Shown here piece by piece: positions 11,207 to 24,669 of a stretch of 64,000 nucleotides of DNA. Numbering within the stretch: position 1 is the stretch's first letter; every line of letters starts with the position of its first letter. A program made the translations under genes and the position numbers. Origin of the DNA: Selaginella moellendorffii (lineage: Eukaryota; Plantae; Lycopodiophyta). A model generated the notes under the pieces. That model ran no database searches and was not told the origin of the DNA. It saw nothing but the letters and a program-made list of their open reading frames with translations. The stretch is from assembly GCF_000143415.4 (NCBI RefSeq), contig NW_003314315.1, positions 819,991 to 883,990 on the forward strand. The letters are read 5' to 3'.

Positions 11207-12073
11207 TTAGAATCGACCATAGCCCATGGATCCAAGTTTGAGCCTGTGCTGCAATACCCTAGCGGGAGGGACGCGATTCTTAGCCGCCTTGGCTTGCGAT
11301 TTCTGCCACCATAGCTCGTCCTCGTAGCTATACTTCCCCTCGCTCTCGGGCAGCTTCGAGTTATGATCGCCCTTGGACGAAGAAGAATTCTCGGCAGCAG
11401 ATCTCAATGGCTGGAGCTCAGGCACAGGGCTCAAATTCTCCACCGCCGAGGTAGCAGCAGCTTCCGGAGAAAACGCTGGGTTCCAGGTGAGCGCATTGTG
11501 CTCGGGAGGAGAGAATCCAAGAGAGCTTGGCGGCCAGAGTCCCGGATTGAAATCCCCCAGCGGCGGCCATGGGTTTCGCCCGAATTGCGGGTGCCACAGC
11601 GGAGGATCCAGGCCCCCAAATGGCCGCCTGGATGGATCATCCATGGCAGCCGCGTCGATCTTGCCGAGATGCATCTTGAGGAGGCGGAGCTCCTGGGCCA
11701 GGGCGTCGCGCTCTCTCATCAATCCCTGCTTCTCCTGGAGCCATAGCTTCTCGGCGCTGACCCTGGCCTGGAGGAGCCCTTGCTTCTCCTGGAACCACAT
11801 TTGCTCCGCGATCTTCCTCTCCTGCATCATCGCGTGCCTCTCCTGGAGCCACTTCTGGAGCGATTCCTGGTGCGCCAGCCGCAGCGCCGCCAGCGCCGCC
11901 TCCGATTCCTTGACAAACGCCGGGTAGACCCGGCTGGAGAACAGCATCTCCAGGTGCTCCATCTGCTTCTTCGTCTGCGCCATGGATGCGTAGAAGAGAC
12001 TATACATCCCACCGAGCTTGTGCGCGACGCCTCCATCCCCGTCGCCCCTGAAACCATCGGACACATCCGCCAT
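11207..12073 (-). CDS. Protein with a COM1/GR1-like N-terminal coiled coil but no SAE2 domain
   Basis: AHKLGGMYSLFYASMAQTKKQMEHLEMLFSSRVYPAF aligns with GKHLERMCTLFLASICQTKEHIEHLEAVFSQNLYPAW of the neighbour. Open ORF from ATG 12073. Confidence 0.7.
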   Translation of the reverse strand: MADVSDGFRGDGDGGVAHKLGGMYSLFYASMAQTKKQMEHLEMLFSSRVYPAFVKESEAALAALRLAHQESLQKWLQERHAMMQERKIAEQMWFQEKQGLLQARVSAEKLWLQEKQGLMRERDALAQELRLLKMHLGKIDAAAMDDPSRRPFGGLDPPLWHPQFGRNPWPPLGDFNPGLWPPSSLGFSPPEHNALTWNPAFSPEAAATSAVENLSPVPELQPLRSAAENSSSSKGDHNSKLPESEGKYSYEDELWWQKSQAKAAKNRVPPARVLQHRLKLGSMGYGRF

Positions 12074-12187
12074 CGCCACAACGAACTCTGAAGAACCCTA
12101 GCAATCCAAATTCCCGCCAAAAGAGAGGATATTCTGGTTTAAATCGCGTCTCGGGCTCGATTCCTGGGACACGGCACTTCTTCGCTA

Positions 12188-13808
12188 TCATTGTGTCACC
12201 TCGAATTCCAGGAGCCTCTTCGTCTCATCGTCATCCGACACTTTGTTCCTCGCCATTCTCCCGAGGAAGAAGGGGCCGGGCGAGACCTTGGCTTCCACGT
12301 ACACCTTGAGGAGCGCGTTGTAGAGCTTGGCGTCGCCATAGAGACCAAACAAGCTCATGAGCTTCTCGGCCCCCTCGACGTCCCTCTTGCTCGCAAACAC
12401 CGGCATCATCCCCAGCACCATCTCATAGTCCGGCTCGATCCTCTTGTCCACAACGTACTCCATCCCTTCCCGGAGCTTCTCCAGAGCTTTCTCCGGCTCG
12501 TCCCTCGCAAGGTAGCCCGATACCAGATGGTTGAAGGGAGCAAACCACGGGAATGAGAGCTCCAGCCTCAGCTTCTTCATCGTCAGCTCGGCCTTCTCCA
12601 TCATCCCGTGCTTGGCGTAAACTCCGATCATCGCGCAGTATGGCTTCTGGATGGCCTTCTTCCGCGTCTTGAGCACCTGGTTGAGTACGTCCTCGGCTCT
12701 AGAGATCTTCCCGAGAATCCCAAACGCGTTGATGGCCGCTACAAATCTCCCTGCTAGAGTCCAGCTCTCTTTGTGGATCATGCTCCACAGCTTCTCGACC
12801 ATGTCCGGCTTTCCCAAGTAGGCGTACACCACCATCATGTCCGACCGTGTGGCGTTCCTCACTTTCTCGTCGTGAACATCTATCTTCTTGAGCGCTGCCT
12901 CGGCTGCTTCTTCGAGACCATCGATCGCCCCGATCCTGTTCCGGTACTTGAAGAGCAGGAGATACGTAAGAGGATTCGGTTGCCCGCCGGAAGCCACTAG
13001 ATCTTGGTAGAGCTGCAAAACTTCGCGGTGCCTGTTCCTCCGGAGGAAGAGTATCATCATCATGTTGCAGGCCCTTGCGTTGTTGAGCTTGAGCGCTGTA
13101 TGCCACGCCTCCGCCTTTAGCATCACATTACTCCTGGACATGGAGGCGATCAAGGCTGTCGAGACCTCCTCCGTCTTGAGCTCAGCAGGAACTCGGTCGT
13201 AAATTCGCTCGGCTTTGATAGGACTCGCGTAGCGGCACGTCAACTTTATCTGGAGTGCGTAGTCTCTGGGAGTGACTGTGAATGGCTTGTCATCAACAAT
13301 CCAGTTGATGATCTGCGCAAAGAAAAAAAGCAATCGATCACAAAAAAAACTTTTTTTTTCTACGATCTCGTACCTGTAGTGCTCGGATCTGGCGCCGGAT
13401 GTAGCACAGCTTGTGACAAATGCTGATGAGAGCTTCTTTCGACACCAGGTTTCCTCGAGAAATCCACGCGTGGATGATCTTGAGAGCCCGGGTCGGGCTC
13501 GCCTCCACCTTCTTCCACAGCCGATTGAACTGCTCAGGGTCCATCTCGTCGTCATCCATGGTCCGGAATTTCATCCGCATTATCGGATCATCGTCCAGCT
13601 CGTTCTTGATTGCCGCCTTCTTCTTCACCTGCACGGCCTGCGAGAAATTCCGGGCAGCGAATCCACCCAAGCCCGACGCCGATGATTCACAGCTTCCCAA
13701 TCCCACGCTCTTCGCCGCATTCAAGCAAGGAATCGTCGTGCCGGGAGATCCAAAGTGCCTGGCACAGCGCCCGGTGAGACGAGTTATCTGCATTCTAGCG
13801 CATTCCAC
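12188..13808 (-). CDS. P-class PPR protein, probably organelle-targeted; exons 13808-13374 and 13312-12188
   Basis: PPR-like helices; 61-nt intron 13313-13373 joins RALQ|IINW. Confidence 0.88.
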
Positions 13809-14000
13809 CGCATTACCTCTGGATCGCTGCTTGCCGGCACGCCCGTAGCAATGCCCTCCCGATCACTGCTCGCCCAATGCCCATGGAATGATCGATAAAC
13901 CCTAACTCATCCCAGCCGTTAAAGTGCTCATCATATCCCTGCCGTTGATTCGCTTAGAACCCTAGGAGGGTCTCGCCCTAATCTTTGGAGGCGCTGCGCC

Positions 14001-14664
<664 letters not shown>

Positions 14665-16406
14665 GATCATCGTGATGGACTTTCTTTTTTGTTCTATCAA
14701 AAGCTTTAGGGTTCTTGGAGCTCGGGTTTACGCTGAATATATAAAAGCGTGTTAACCACTTGGACTTAGGTCTTTGACCAGAAGTTTGACCGAGATGTAG
14801 ACCGTTGACGAGGAACGGTTGGGATGGAAATGGAAAGTGGTGATAACGATAACGATGAATCTGTCAACTTTCCTGATAGTTCTTTGTCTTTTGCTATTAT
14901 ACATTGGCAAAAGAGCAAGGACTCTTTTGTGGTGTTATCTATCTTGGTTCGGACTAGACGTTTCCATATTTTAAAGAGAAAGCTCGAAGTTTTCCGCGAA
15001 TGCTACATTGAGAAAGGCCAAGTCCAGTACACAAAAATTGGATGCTAAGAAGGGTCCACAAACCAAATCAAATCCGACCTAAGAACTTACAGTCTTAGTG
15101 CCTTCTACACTTTACACTTTTGTGGCGTCAAGAAAAGCAAAAGATGCCAACATTCATGAGCTCAAATCAAATGGGGATGCTTCACCAAACAAGGCTATTC
15201 ACACCTAGACCCTCTTTGTCAAGAAAGAAAATGGCAACTTCCGTGTAGTAACTACTGGAAAAGAAATTTTACATTTCTTATTACCTTCATCGTACAGTTG
15301 CCAAGCAATCCAGATTGGAAGGAACCATTCCTAAACAAAACATAAATGCATGATCGTCCATGGATCTTTTCTATACATTTACAATGCTTCTATCCCTTGC
15401 AGCGGCTGGCCACAAGCAAAAAGCCTGTGTACTATGCTTGTTTTTCCTGTAATGTAACCATTCATGGCTGTCTTGAGTCAGGGACAAGATGAGGCATGCA
15501 AAGATTAGGTTAAAAAAGAAGAAAAGAGCGTGATCGATGTGATGTGATAGACTGCTACCTTACTACATCATCTGGCTGAGATGGTTGTACGGAAGTAGGA
15601 ATCCAAACCGGACATCCAAATTGCTACAATCCTTTCAAAGCTGGCAACCATTGATACCCATCACATGGGCCCAATCCCCGTATGCTGCCAGGCATGGGTC
15701 TCGGCGCGCTGGTACTTTTGGCCATTGGCCATTTCTACCCCAATATAAAGACCAAGTGTTTGAAGCTCACCCAAAGCTAGTAGAGTCCATCTTCTCTTTG
15801 GTCCTCACTCTCACAATTTCCCCCTTCCCTGTTCTTCCCATTTCCCCTTCTCTCTCTCTCCTCTCACTCTCTCAATTCCTTGCATTTCCATCCATTTGCA
15901 TGGTTTGTGACGCGCATTGCGCTGCTGGGACTGCTCTGCAAAGTTTGGTTTGCTAGGATTTGAGGTTGTAGAAGTGTAGAAAAGATAGAACAATCTCTTT
16001 CTCTTTCTTGTGATTTCCATAGAGCCTGCTTACCAGAGAGCTTAACTGCGAGAGAGAAATTTGTCCAGAGAGACCGGTCTATGATACAGCACGGCGACTG
16101 GCTTTACTTTTGAAAGGAGCAGTGATTTTGCTACTGTCTCCCGAGGAGTAGGCTGTTCTTGGCTGTTTGAATTGCTGGGATCTTCCATTCGAGTCGAGGT
16201 GTTGTTGTATTTTTTTTTCCATGCAACTCCCTCAAGACTGACTCTTAGATCTGGTAGTAGAAGCAGGAGAGATAAAAGCGAGCACAGAGATCAAACAAGA
16301 AAAAGGAACTTAGATTCACGTAGTTTGTCTGCTTGATTAATTACTCATTCATAGTCTCTTCCCTTTTCTCTTCATCCCTTTAAGCTATCTAGTGAGGACC
16401 AAAGGA

Positions 16407-18086
16407 ATGGACTTGGAGCACTCCTCTCCAGCAAACATGTCGTAAGTTTCTTTTTCTTCTTTGCAAAAACTAATGGTTCTTTCCAACGCAGTCCCCGGAA
16501 GAAGTACTCTACACACTTCCTTATGTCCTTTGCTGCTTTTGATAGTTGCCGGAAACCTCCTGCCAACATCGATCTAAGGTAACACCAGCTCTTCCAGAGC
16601 TTGTTTGGACTGAGCTCTCTATAACAGGGAGATAAACTCCGAGGTTTCAGTAGAGGAGGACATTCCGGAATGGAGACGGAGAGCGTCGACTCCCTCTCCA
16701 AAGAATGGAAATCGCAGGAAAAATCGTCTTTCACACAGTTTGTCGGCTTCGTTTCGTTCTCAGGGGAAAGAACACTGCTCGAACCGGGAAGAGCATGTCT
16801 CGACATTCCCCACGAAGAAGAGGGTGGCGAAAGATGCTACTGTGAAGGTAAGAGTGTGTTTAGTTCAGATGGAGCTCGCTTAACTTTGGATGATTTGATT
16901 TGCAGCTCGACCAGCATCCGGTAGAACCCGAAGGTGTGTTTCCAGGATGTTTAGTTTACACGCTCTTCATACGTGTTTTGATGGCAGGGTCTAATCCTCG
17001 CCGTCTGGACTACAAATTTCGACACAAACTCACACCTCTGGAAGTTGTCAAGGTTGATAACGAGATCAAGAGAGGAAACTTTAGCGCTTCTCCAGGTAAA
17101 AATTCTCAGCAAAAGTGCTCGAAACTCATGTGTAGAACTTTGATTCTTCTCCAGGAGCATCTGATAGTGAAACTTCGACTGAGCTTTCGGACCAGAAAAT
17201 AGATCTGGACACTTTGTTCGTGATAGAAAAGAGCCCGGTCCTCCCGATGCCTACGGCTCCAACACTAGAAGAGATCGAGAAAGACATGAAGGTGGGAGGA
17301 GGAACATCAGGCTTCTTGACATGCCAGGACGTGGAGAAATCCATCCTGACCGTGACCGAGGAGCTCGGTTCTAGCAGTAGTATCAGTCCAAGAGAGCAAT
17401 GGCCGGATGGAGAAGACAAGGTTGCGTCCAAGCACATCCTGTCGCTGCTCCAAAGAAAGCCTTCAGACGAAGAACACCTCAAGGAGGAGAACGTAGAAAG
17501 TTGCAAGAAGGATCTCGCCGGCGAGCTCATCTCCCAAGTTCCCATCCTTTCGAATCTGGAAGAGATGCTCAAGATAGCCAACTCCGACTCCAAACGCGAC
17601 GCGAGCTTCGGGAAGCGCCGGTTGATGTACACCGACACGATCGACTCCATGCGAACTGCGGTGAAACCATCCAAGCACGACAACATAGTAGCTCCAGGAA
17701 AATGCGAGAGTTTTAGTCCAGCCACCACCTTGTGGCAAACAGCGCAACCATTCCAGCAGCAGCAGCAGCATTGGGAGACCAAGCTTCCTCCTCCTCTTGG
17801 TGGCTTACTGCGGCCACCATCGCTAAACTACTCGGCTCCTCCAAATACTTTCCTCCACACCCGGCCAGTGGCAGCAGGGATGGGGGAAACTCCTCTAGTT
17901 CCTCAGGCTCTACAGGCCCTCCAGCGGCTCGTGGATCATCAGCTCCACATCCTCAACAGCATCCCGGGCGAGGTTACTCCAGGGATGCTGCATCAGAGAT
18001 TGAGTCGGAGTGTTTTGGGTTATCCGGCCACGGGAACTCACCTCCTCCTTGCAACTTCTGGTGCTCCAGCGTATAGATTTGCATGA
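16407..18086 (+). CDS. Hypothetical multi-exon protein; exons about 16407-16441, (16492-16503), 16546-16578, 16629-16847, 16906-17095, 17156-18086
   Basis: Phase-consistent short GT-AG introns link MDLEHSSPANMS...DATVK|LDQHPVEPEG...SASP|GASDSE to the 290-aa terminal ORF. No recognisable domain. Confidence 0.6.
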
Positions 18087-18330
18087 GCTCTATTCTAACT
18101 TGGTGAATCAACTTATGCACAGAACTTTGTTCTTTTAAGATTTAATTAAGCTTTCCTATTTATTTATCCTTTTTACTATATTTACATGTTACATTTGGAA
18201 TTTAAAATATTGTTTGAGGAAACAATCATCATTAAAATTACTCATCCACCTATATTTAATTACAGTTGACTAGTCAAACAAAAAAATATATTAATCAATC
18301 CTGGAGAATAGAATATTCTCAAAACCCCAC

Positions 18331-20267
18331 CTAGATGCTCTCTTCTCTCTCTCTAGTCTCCACCTTCTTGGCTGGAAGATTGATCCGCCTCAGCAGCTCT
18401 AGCGATTCATCGTTTGGCCTCACGCCCGCTGCCAGCATCCGTCCATCAAACCCAAACACTGGAACTTCTGCCTTGATGTACGCCTTGAGCAGCCAGTTGT
18501 AAACCTCGACGTCGGACCCTTGTCTCTCACGCTTGAGATCGCGAACAATGCTCTCGGCCCGCGAGAAATCCCCCTGCTCGGCCAAAACTCGCAGCACCAG
18601 CAGCGTGGTGGCACGCAGCGGCTTGGGATGCCCCAGCAAGCTCCGATCCCACGCCTTTCCATACTGTATCAGCGCGTTGCTGTGATCCCTGGCGTCGATG
18701 TAGCCCGCCACCATCGCGTGATAGATCGCGGGATGGCACTCAAACCCGGCCCGGAAGAGCTGCTTGTAGAGCTCGTTTGCCTTCTCCATGCGCCCGTTGC
18801 TCGCGTACACGGCGATCATGGCTCGATACGACTGGATGTTGAGAGTGAACTTGTTGCCAATCTCGTTGAACAGCCTCTCGGCGCGCTCCACCTCTCCCAG
18901 CTGCCTGTATGCATCCAGCAAGCAGTTGTAGCTGCTGGACGAGAACTTCTTGAACGTCTTGAGGAGGATGGAGCGTAAGTTCTCGATGGCCGTCAGGTCT
19001 CGCAGCAGCGTGTAGATCCGCAGCATGCACTCGTAGATGAAGAGCGGCTGCCTGGACGTGAGCTGCTCATCCAGAAACTTTCGTACCTCGGCCTCGATCC
19101 CGTCAAAGCCACCGATCTTCTGCTTGGCTCGCAGCACGATGAGGTACGTGTGAGCGTCGGGAGCTACGCCGAGAGAGCTGAGCTCGTCATACATGGCGCG
19201 GACCTTGTCGTCCTCGTTCTTGCGCTTGTACATGTCGAGCATGATGTTGTAAGGCTCGACGCGAGTGATCAAGTTGAGGCTCTTCATCTCGCTCATGGTG
19301 TCCTCGGCGGCGGGGATGGCGTGCCATCTCGCGAAGACTTGGAGCATCGCGGTGTAGGCGGCCTCGGATCTCAGCTCCGCCGGCATCTCCCAGAAGCACC
19401 TGGTCGCTTGGAACTTGGAGATCCGGCCAACCAGCTCCAGAAGAAGGACGTGGTCCGACTCCTCGATCTCGAAAACTTTATTCCTGATCATCCAGTCGCA
19501 TATCTACAAGACAAGAAGAAGAAATTGTCAAAAGGACGAGAAAGAGAAGAAGAAAAATCAAGAAGAGCAAGAGAAGCAAATAACAAGGACAAGAAAGAGA
19601 AGCAAAGAAGAAGAAACATCGAAAGGACGAGGCAAAGAAGGAGAAGAAACAACAAAACTGACGAGCGAGAGAACCAAAGAAGAAGAGGAAACGTAGCAAG
19701 AGAAGCAAAGAAGACGAAGAAAAATCAAGAGGACGTGCAAGAGAAGCAAAGAAGAAGAAGAAATATCAAGATGACGAGCAAGAGAAGCAAAGAAGAAGAA
19801 GAAAAATCAAGAGGACGAGCAAGACAAGAAGAAGAAGAACGAAAACTCTGTTCTAGGAACTTACTTCGCGAGCCTGGCCAAACTTCGCAGTGATCCGGAG
19901 CTTGTAGATGACGTTGAGCAAGTGCTTCTTCTCCATCTTGACGCTTTGCATGTACTCTTGGACGATGGGAAGAACGCTCCTGCGGAAAGAGATCTTCGCG
20001 ACGCTCTGCCACAGCCGCAGCCACGTCGTGTCGTGGTACTCGAAACGAATCTCATGGATCCCTCTCCGGAACGCCAGTCTCGCCGCGGCATTCTTCCGAT
20101 CGATCGCAGAGGTGACACTGCTGGAGGGTTGTGACACTACCCTGCAGCGGCGCGGATTCTATGAATGAAAATCCTCGCATTTTCAGTGCGCTCGATCGAC
20201 CATTCGCGGCCTACCTGGAGAGAAGCGAAGCCGCGCCTCGAGCTCCTCCTCGCAACGCTGCGCTCAT
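18331..20267 (-). CDS. P-class PPR protein; exons 20267-20215, 20141-19865, 19503-18331
   Basis: MSAALRGG...LLSR|VVSQPSS...GQARE|ICDWMIRNK, followed by PPR repeats. Intron 2 is 361 nt of (CTT)-rich repeat. Confidence 0.87.
19504..19864 (-). repeat. Low-complexity (GAA/CTT)-rich array filling a PPR intron
   Basis: Repeated agaagaagaa / gagaagcaaa / gacgag units between a valid donor and acceptor. Confidence 0.85.
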
Positions 20268-20272
20268 TCTAT

Positions 20273-20298
20273 AAACCCTAGAGACCGGGCTAGGGTTT
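20273..20298. promoter_or_regulatory. Inverted pair of telo-boxes between head-to-head PPR start codons
   Basis: taAACCCTAGagaccggGCTAGGGTTT. Confidence 0.6.
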
Positions 20299-20306
20299 AA
20301 GCGGCA

Positions 20307-22086
20307 ATGCGCAGGGCTCTTCGCCTGGGACGAAGTGCCGCAGTGATCCACAGGTAACATAGACTCGCTTCTGCGCTCTTGATGCGATTCTTGCCCCGGC
20401 AGGAACGATTTCTTGGTTTTCCAGCCGAAATCTGGCCTCGCGCGCGCGCATTCCACGCTGCTGCTGCATCGATCGCCGGGATTCCAGTGTAATATCAAGA
20501 ATGTGGGACTCCGGATGCTCCAATCCAGGCGCTATGTGTCCGAGACCGAGGAAGAGGAGGAGGAATCGCCAGACGGCGATGACGATTTGGATGAGAATCA
20601 AGAATGGCCGACGGCGGAATTGCCCGGCGATTGCGTGGATGACCAGGTTCTCATCCTCTGGGAGCCCAACGCGGAGGACACTTACGTGCAAACTCTCGCC
20701 CCCCTGTGGAAGAGAATCCTGCGAGCGCTTCCACAGAGCCAGCACAACGTGGTGGAGATGATCCAGGAGTGGAGTGCCAGTGATTCGCGCTACTTCCGTG
20801 CTTACAACAGCGATCGCTTGAGGAGCTATCTAAGAGTTATCATCGCAAGGCTGCGACGAAGAAGCCGGTTCTTGCAAGCTCTACAGGTGAGCTCTCGGAT
20901 TTATTTTTTTCTTTCTTCTCGGTTTCTTCTACAACGTGTTTTCTCTTCACGCAGATATCAAACTGGATGTTTCACGACAGGAGATTCACAGTCGCTACGC
21001 AAGATCTCGTGATGCGTTTGTACCTGACGAGTCGATCTGGGCTTTTCGAGGAGGCCGAGAAGATCCTAGCGGAAGTTCACTTCACGCAGCGCAACGAATG
21101 GGCATACTTGGCGCTGCTCTCCGGGTATGCTAGCAGGAGGCACGTAACGAGAGCCGAGAAGCTGTGGAGGAGGATGAAAGAACGAGGATTGACGAAGAGC
21201 CCGCACGGCTACAACAACATGCTCATCATGTACAAGCGGAAGAAGCTCCACTCCAGGCTCCGCCAGCTCTTCGTGGAGATGGTGCTCTCCGGAGTAGTTC
21301 CCGATGCCACGACTTTTCTGGTGATTCTCAGCGCTCGAGAACAGATTGGTGGCTTCCAGGGGATCGAGAAGCGAGCTCGTCATGCCATGGCGAACTTGGA
21401 GATTCTAAATCTCCCGTGGTTCACCATGGAGGTGGTGATGCGAGTCTACGGCTTCCTCGGTGACTTGGAAGGGGGTGGAAAGGATGTGGAAGAGAGTCCA
21501 GCGGAGGTCCAGCCTCCATCACACGTCCTTCTTGTGTGCGATAGAGGCCTTCAGCATGGCCGGGGCGATGGGAACTTCCGAGGCCATTTTCCAGAAGACG
21601 GGAAACGAGACCAAGGACTCTGATCTTCAGCGGCACTACGTGATGATCGAGGCCTACTGCCGGGAAGGGATGACAGGCAAGGCTCAAGGATTGCTGAGAA
21701 AGCTGATTGCCAAGGGTCGGTCTCCAGCACCGTTTGCTTTCAACTCCATCATCCAGTGCTTCCTGAAGGACAAGCAACTCGACCGAGCTCTGGAGCTGTT
21801 CTACGTTTCCTTGAACCGGTTTGGGACAAGGCAGACATTGGCTCTGGGACCGTCCATTCTGGGAATCATGGAAGTATACGCTAAAGCCGGAGACGTGAAC
21901 GCTGCCGAGCAGATCGTCCACAAGTGCCAAGAGTGCCACTACTTTTCGGACGTGAGGCTGTACAACGCACTGCTCAAGGTGTATCTCAACTCTCAAGTCC
22001 CAGCAACGGGCATTGAAGATCGTTTCAGGGATTGCCTGATGCAAGGTGACACTGAATCGCTAGAGCTGCTGAGGAAGGCATTTTAG
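20307..22086 (+). pseudogene. P-class PPR gene with a +1 frameshift in the G5 run at 21471-21475 (pseudogene or sequencing error); introns 20354-20402 and 20888-20954
   Basis: MRRALRLGRSAAVIHR|NDFLVFQ...QALQ|ISNWMF. Removing one G joins ORF 20967 to ORF 21460 (DLEGVERMW). Confidence 0.8.
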
Positions 22087-24669
22087 GGGTCCGCCAAGCT
22101 GTAATGAATACATCTAAAATATCTAAGATATTCTCTAATCTGACAGCTACCCTTAAACTTTCTCTAACAAATTTCTCTTATACCTAAGTCAAACGCAAAT
22201 GGGAATCTTTTCTTGTTTGTATTTTCTCCATTGATATTTATTTATATGTACAATGCTCATGGAGGGTCTTGAGAACTTTGCTCACTCATTGGCCAACTCT
22301 TTCTTTTCAGATTAGAATTTAAACTTGTCACTCCATTGCATACTCCTCTCTTATCCACTACAGCTTTAAGGATACCTGGCCACCTTGGACAAACAATCTC
22401 CACTTCAAACAGCCTTTCCAACCATCACATTTTATATTTTTTAATCTTATACAATGCCATGTTTGATGCTTTGCTCAAGTGCACCTTAATCTTGGCCTAT
22501 AAAACAAACTCACACAGTGAAGAAACTCATAACTTTAAATTTTCCTCTTAGTTTCTATGAAGTAGCTTTTAGTTGTTTGTGAGATGAAAAAAGAAGATAT
22601 GCTAGCTCAAGTTCTCTTCTTGATATTGTTCAACAAAATATACTAGATTGGAATTGAATCTTCAACATTACCAACTTTTTATGGTTTCATGAGTGATAAA
22701 GCACAAATAAATTGGTGAGCTATTAAAGCCATTTACAATGGTGGTCTAGGCAAAATTATAGTTAGTTGTAAGAGGAGTTTCCCTTTCCACTGGGTGCAAA
22801 GTTTACATAAGTATATAGAGAAATATATTTAAGTAAAATACTGTGATAAGCATAAGCAATTATGTTTGAATTAAAAGTTGCAAACACTTTGAAGGATGTA
22901 GAGAAGTAATACAAATTCATTTTATTATAATGATTAAAAATAAATTCTTATAAAAAGCAAAACTACAAATTTGTCTAATATAGTAGTTTATTTGTTTATA
23001 AACTAAGGGACATTAATTTCTCAGGTGAACAAGCTAGTTCATTTCAATGTTTTTATTAATTCTTTCTCTCTTATAAATAAGTTTTGAAACAAATGTTGCC
23101 CAAGTGCCTAATAAGTCTTACAAAATTTTATTATGCAATTTAGTTATTAAAAATAAGTAACACATCTTTCTAATCCCAAACTCACTATAGAATTGACTTT
23201 AAATTATTTTGGAGTACAATCTCTAGCAAAATTAATTAAGAAACTTGAAACTGTCATAATAAAATAATGTGCAAGTCAGTTGATATAATTGGTAAATTAA
23301 CATCGTCTTAAGTATGAGTATATATAACCAGATCAGTGTTCCTAGGCAACTAAGAGCAATAGTCCTTCTAGGTTAAAGAATAAAAGATATATAAAATTGA
23401 CTAAGCTATACTTTAATTTGAAGTAAAATCTACTATCAAGTGTTTTATTTCGATTGGAGGAAAATGTGGTAAGTAAGCTATTAGAGCAATTTTATGCACT
23501 CAACCTTTTTTTTTTTAGAGATAATGTCAATATAAAGACCCTCCACAACATTTTAATTAGGTTATTTGATTTTATTCAATAAAAGCTCTTTACATATGGT
23601 TTGTTGCAATATAGGTTATCCAAAAATTAGAGCACATACCACATATTTGACAATTAAATAAGGGATGAACTTGGCAAATTTGGACAATGGTTTAGAATTT
23701 GAAAATTTTAATAGTCCTAATTTAATCATTGCTATTGCATTATTAATATTGTGCTAAAATATATATTGAATATAATGTATTTATTTATAGATATTTCTAG
23801 AGATTATCACAGTTTTTCTAACTGAGTTTAAGTATATCTTACAATTAGCTTATGCTATAAAGTTCATATGTATAGTATTTTTTAAGATATTTTTATTTTA
23901 TTTTATTAAAATAATACAATTTAGAATATTTATTTATTTATATAAATCTATATAGATATTTTAAATTAATCTTTAGCGATTAAGAATATTAAAGACTAAA
24001 AGCATAACAATACTATTTAGAACTTATTATTTTTTTTTACATGATATGGATTTTATTTTAGTTGGTAATCTAAATATAACACTGATAATTATTGATGAAA
24101 ATTCATGTGAATCAGAATGTTAATGAAGTTTGAACATTTAAATAATTTGCTAAGCGTTGCATATAGAAATGCTTGGTTTACTTAATACTAGTGCTATTCC
24201 TACTTATTAATCCAATTCATCAAATAAAAGTTTATAATTATAACCATGTTTATAATTTATAAACACAAGATTAATCTAAATGAATAACAACAGTAGAATA
24301 TCCTAGAATATCCAAGTATATTCTAGGTATAGTTTAGGTATTGGAGAGCTAGACAAAGCCAAGGAACTCAAAGCCCAAAAGTGTTGCTTGGGTCTTGTTG
24401 CTGGCTGTTTGCCAAGAGATTCACAAAGATCCCTAGTGTGGAGCTCAAGCTACCTAGAGACTCTCAGCACTAGGGTTCGTGTATGGTTGAATTTTTATGT
24501 GTTGATTAGCCAGAATTATATTAACTTAATTTTGTTACCATTAAGATAGGGCTTGCATTCTTTCTATCAGTTATGAAGAGGCTACAAGAGTATGGGGACT
24601 GAAGTTTTGCAACACTTAACATCACCACCAAAGAAAAGCACAAGAAGGTGAAGTTGTTATACGATTCTT

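Noticed and set aside
12140-12178. tRNA-like gggctcgattcctgggacacggca
   Set aside because: No GTTC T-loop and no cloverleaf could be built.
19150-19893. 247-aa K/E/R-rich ORF on the plus strand
   Set aside because: Antisense reading of a PPR exon plus the GAA-rich intron.
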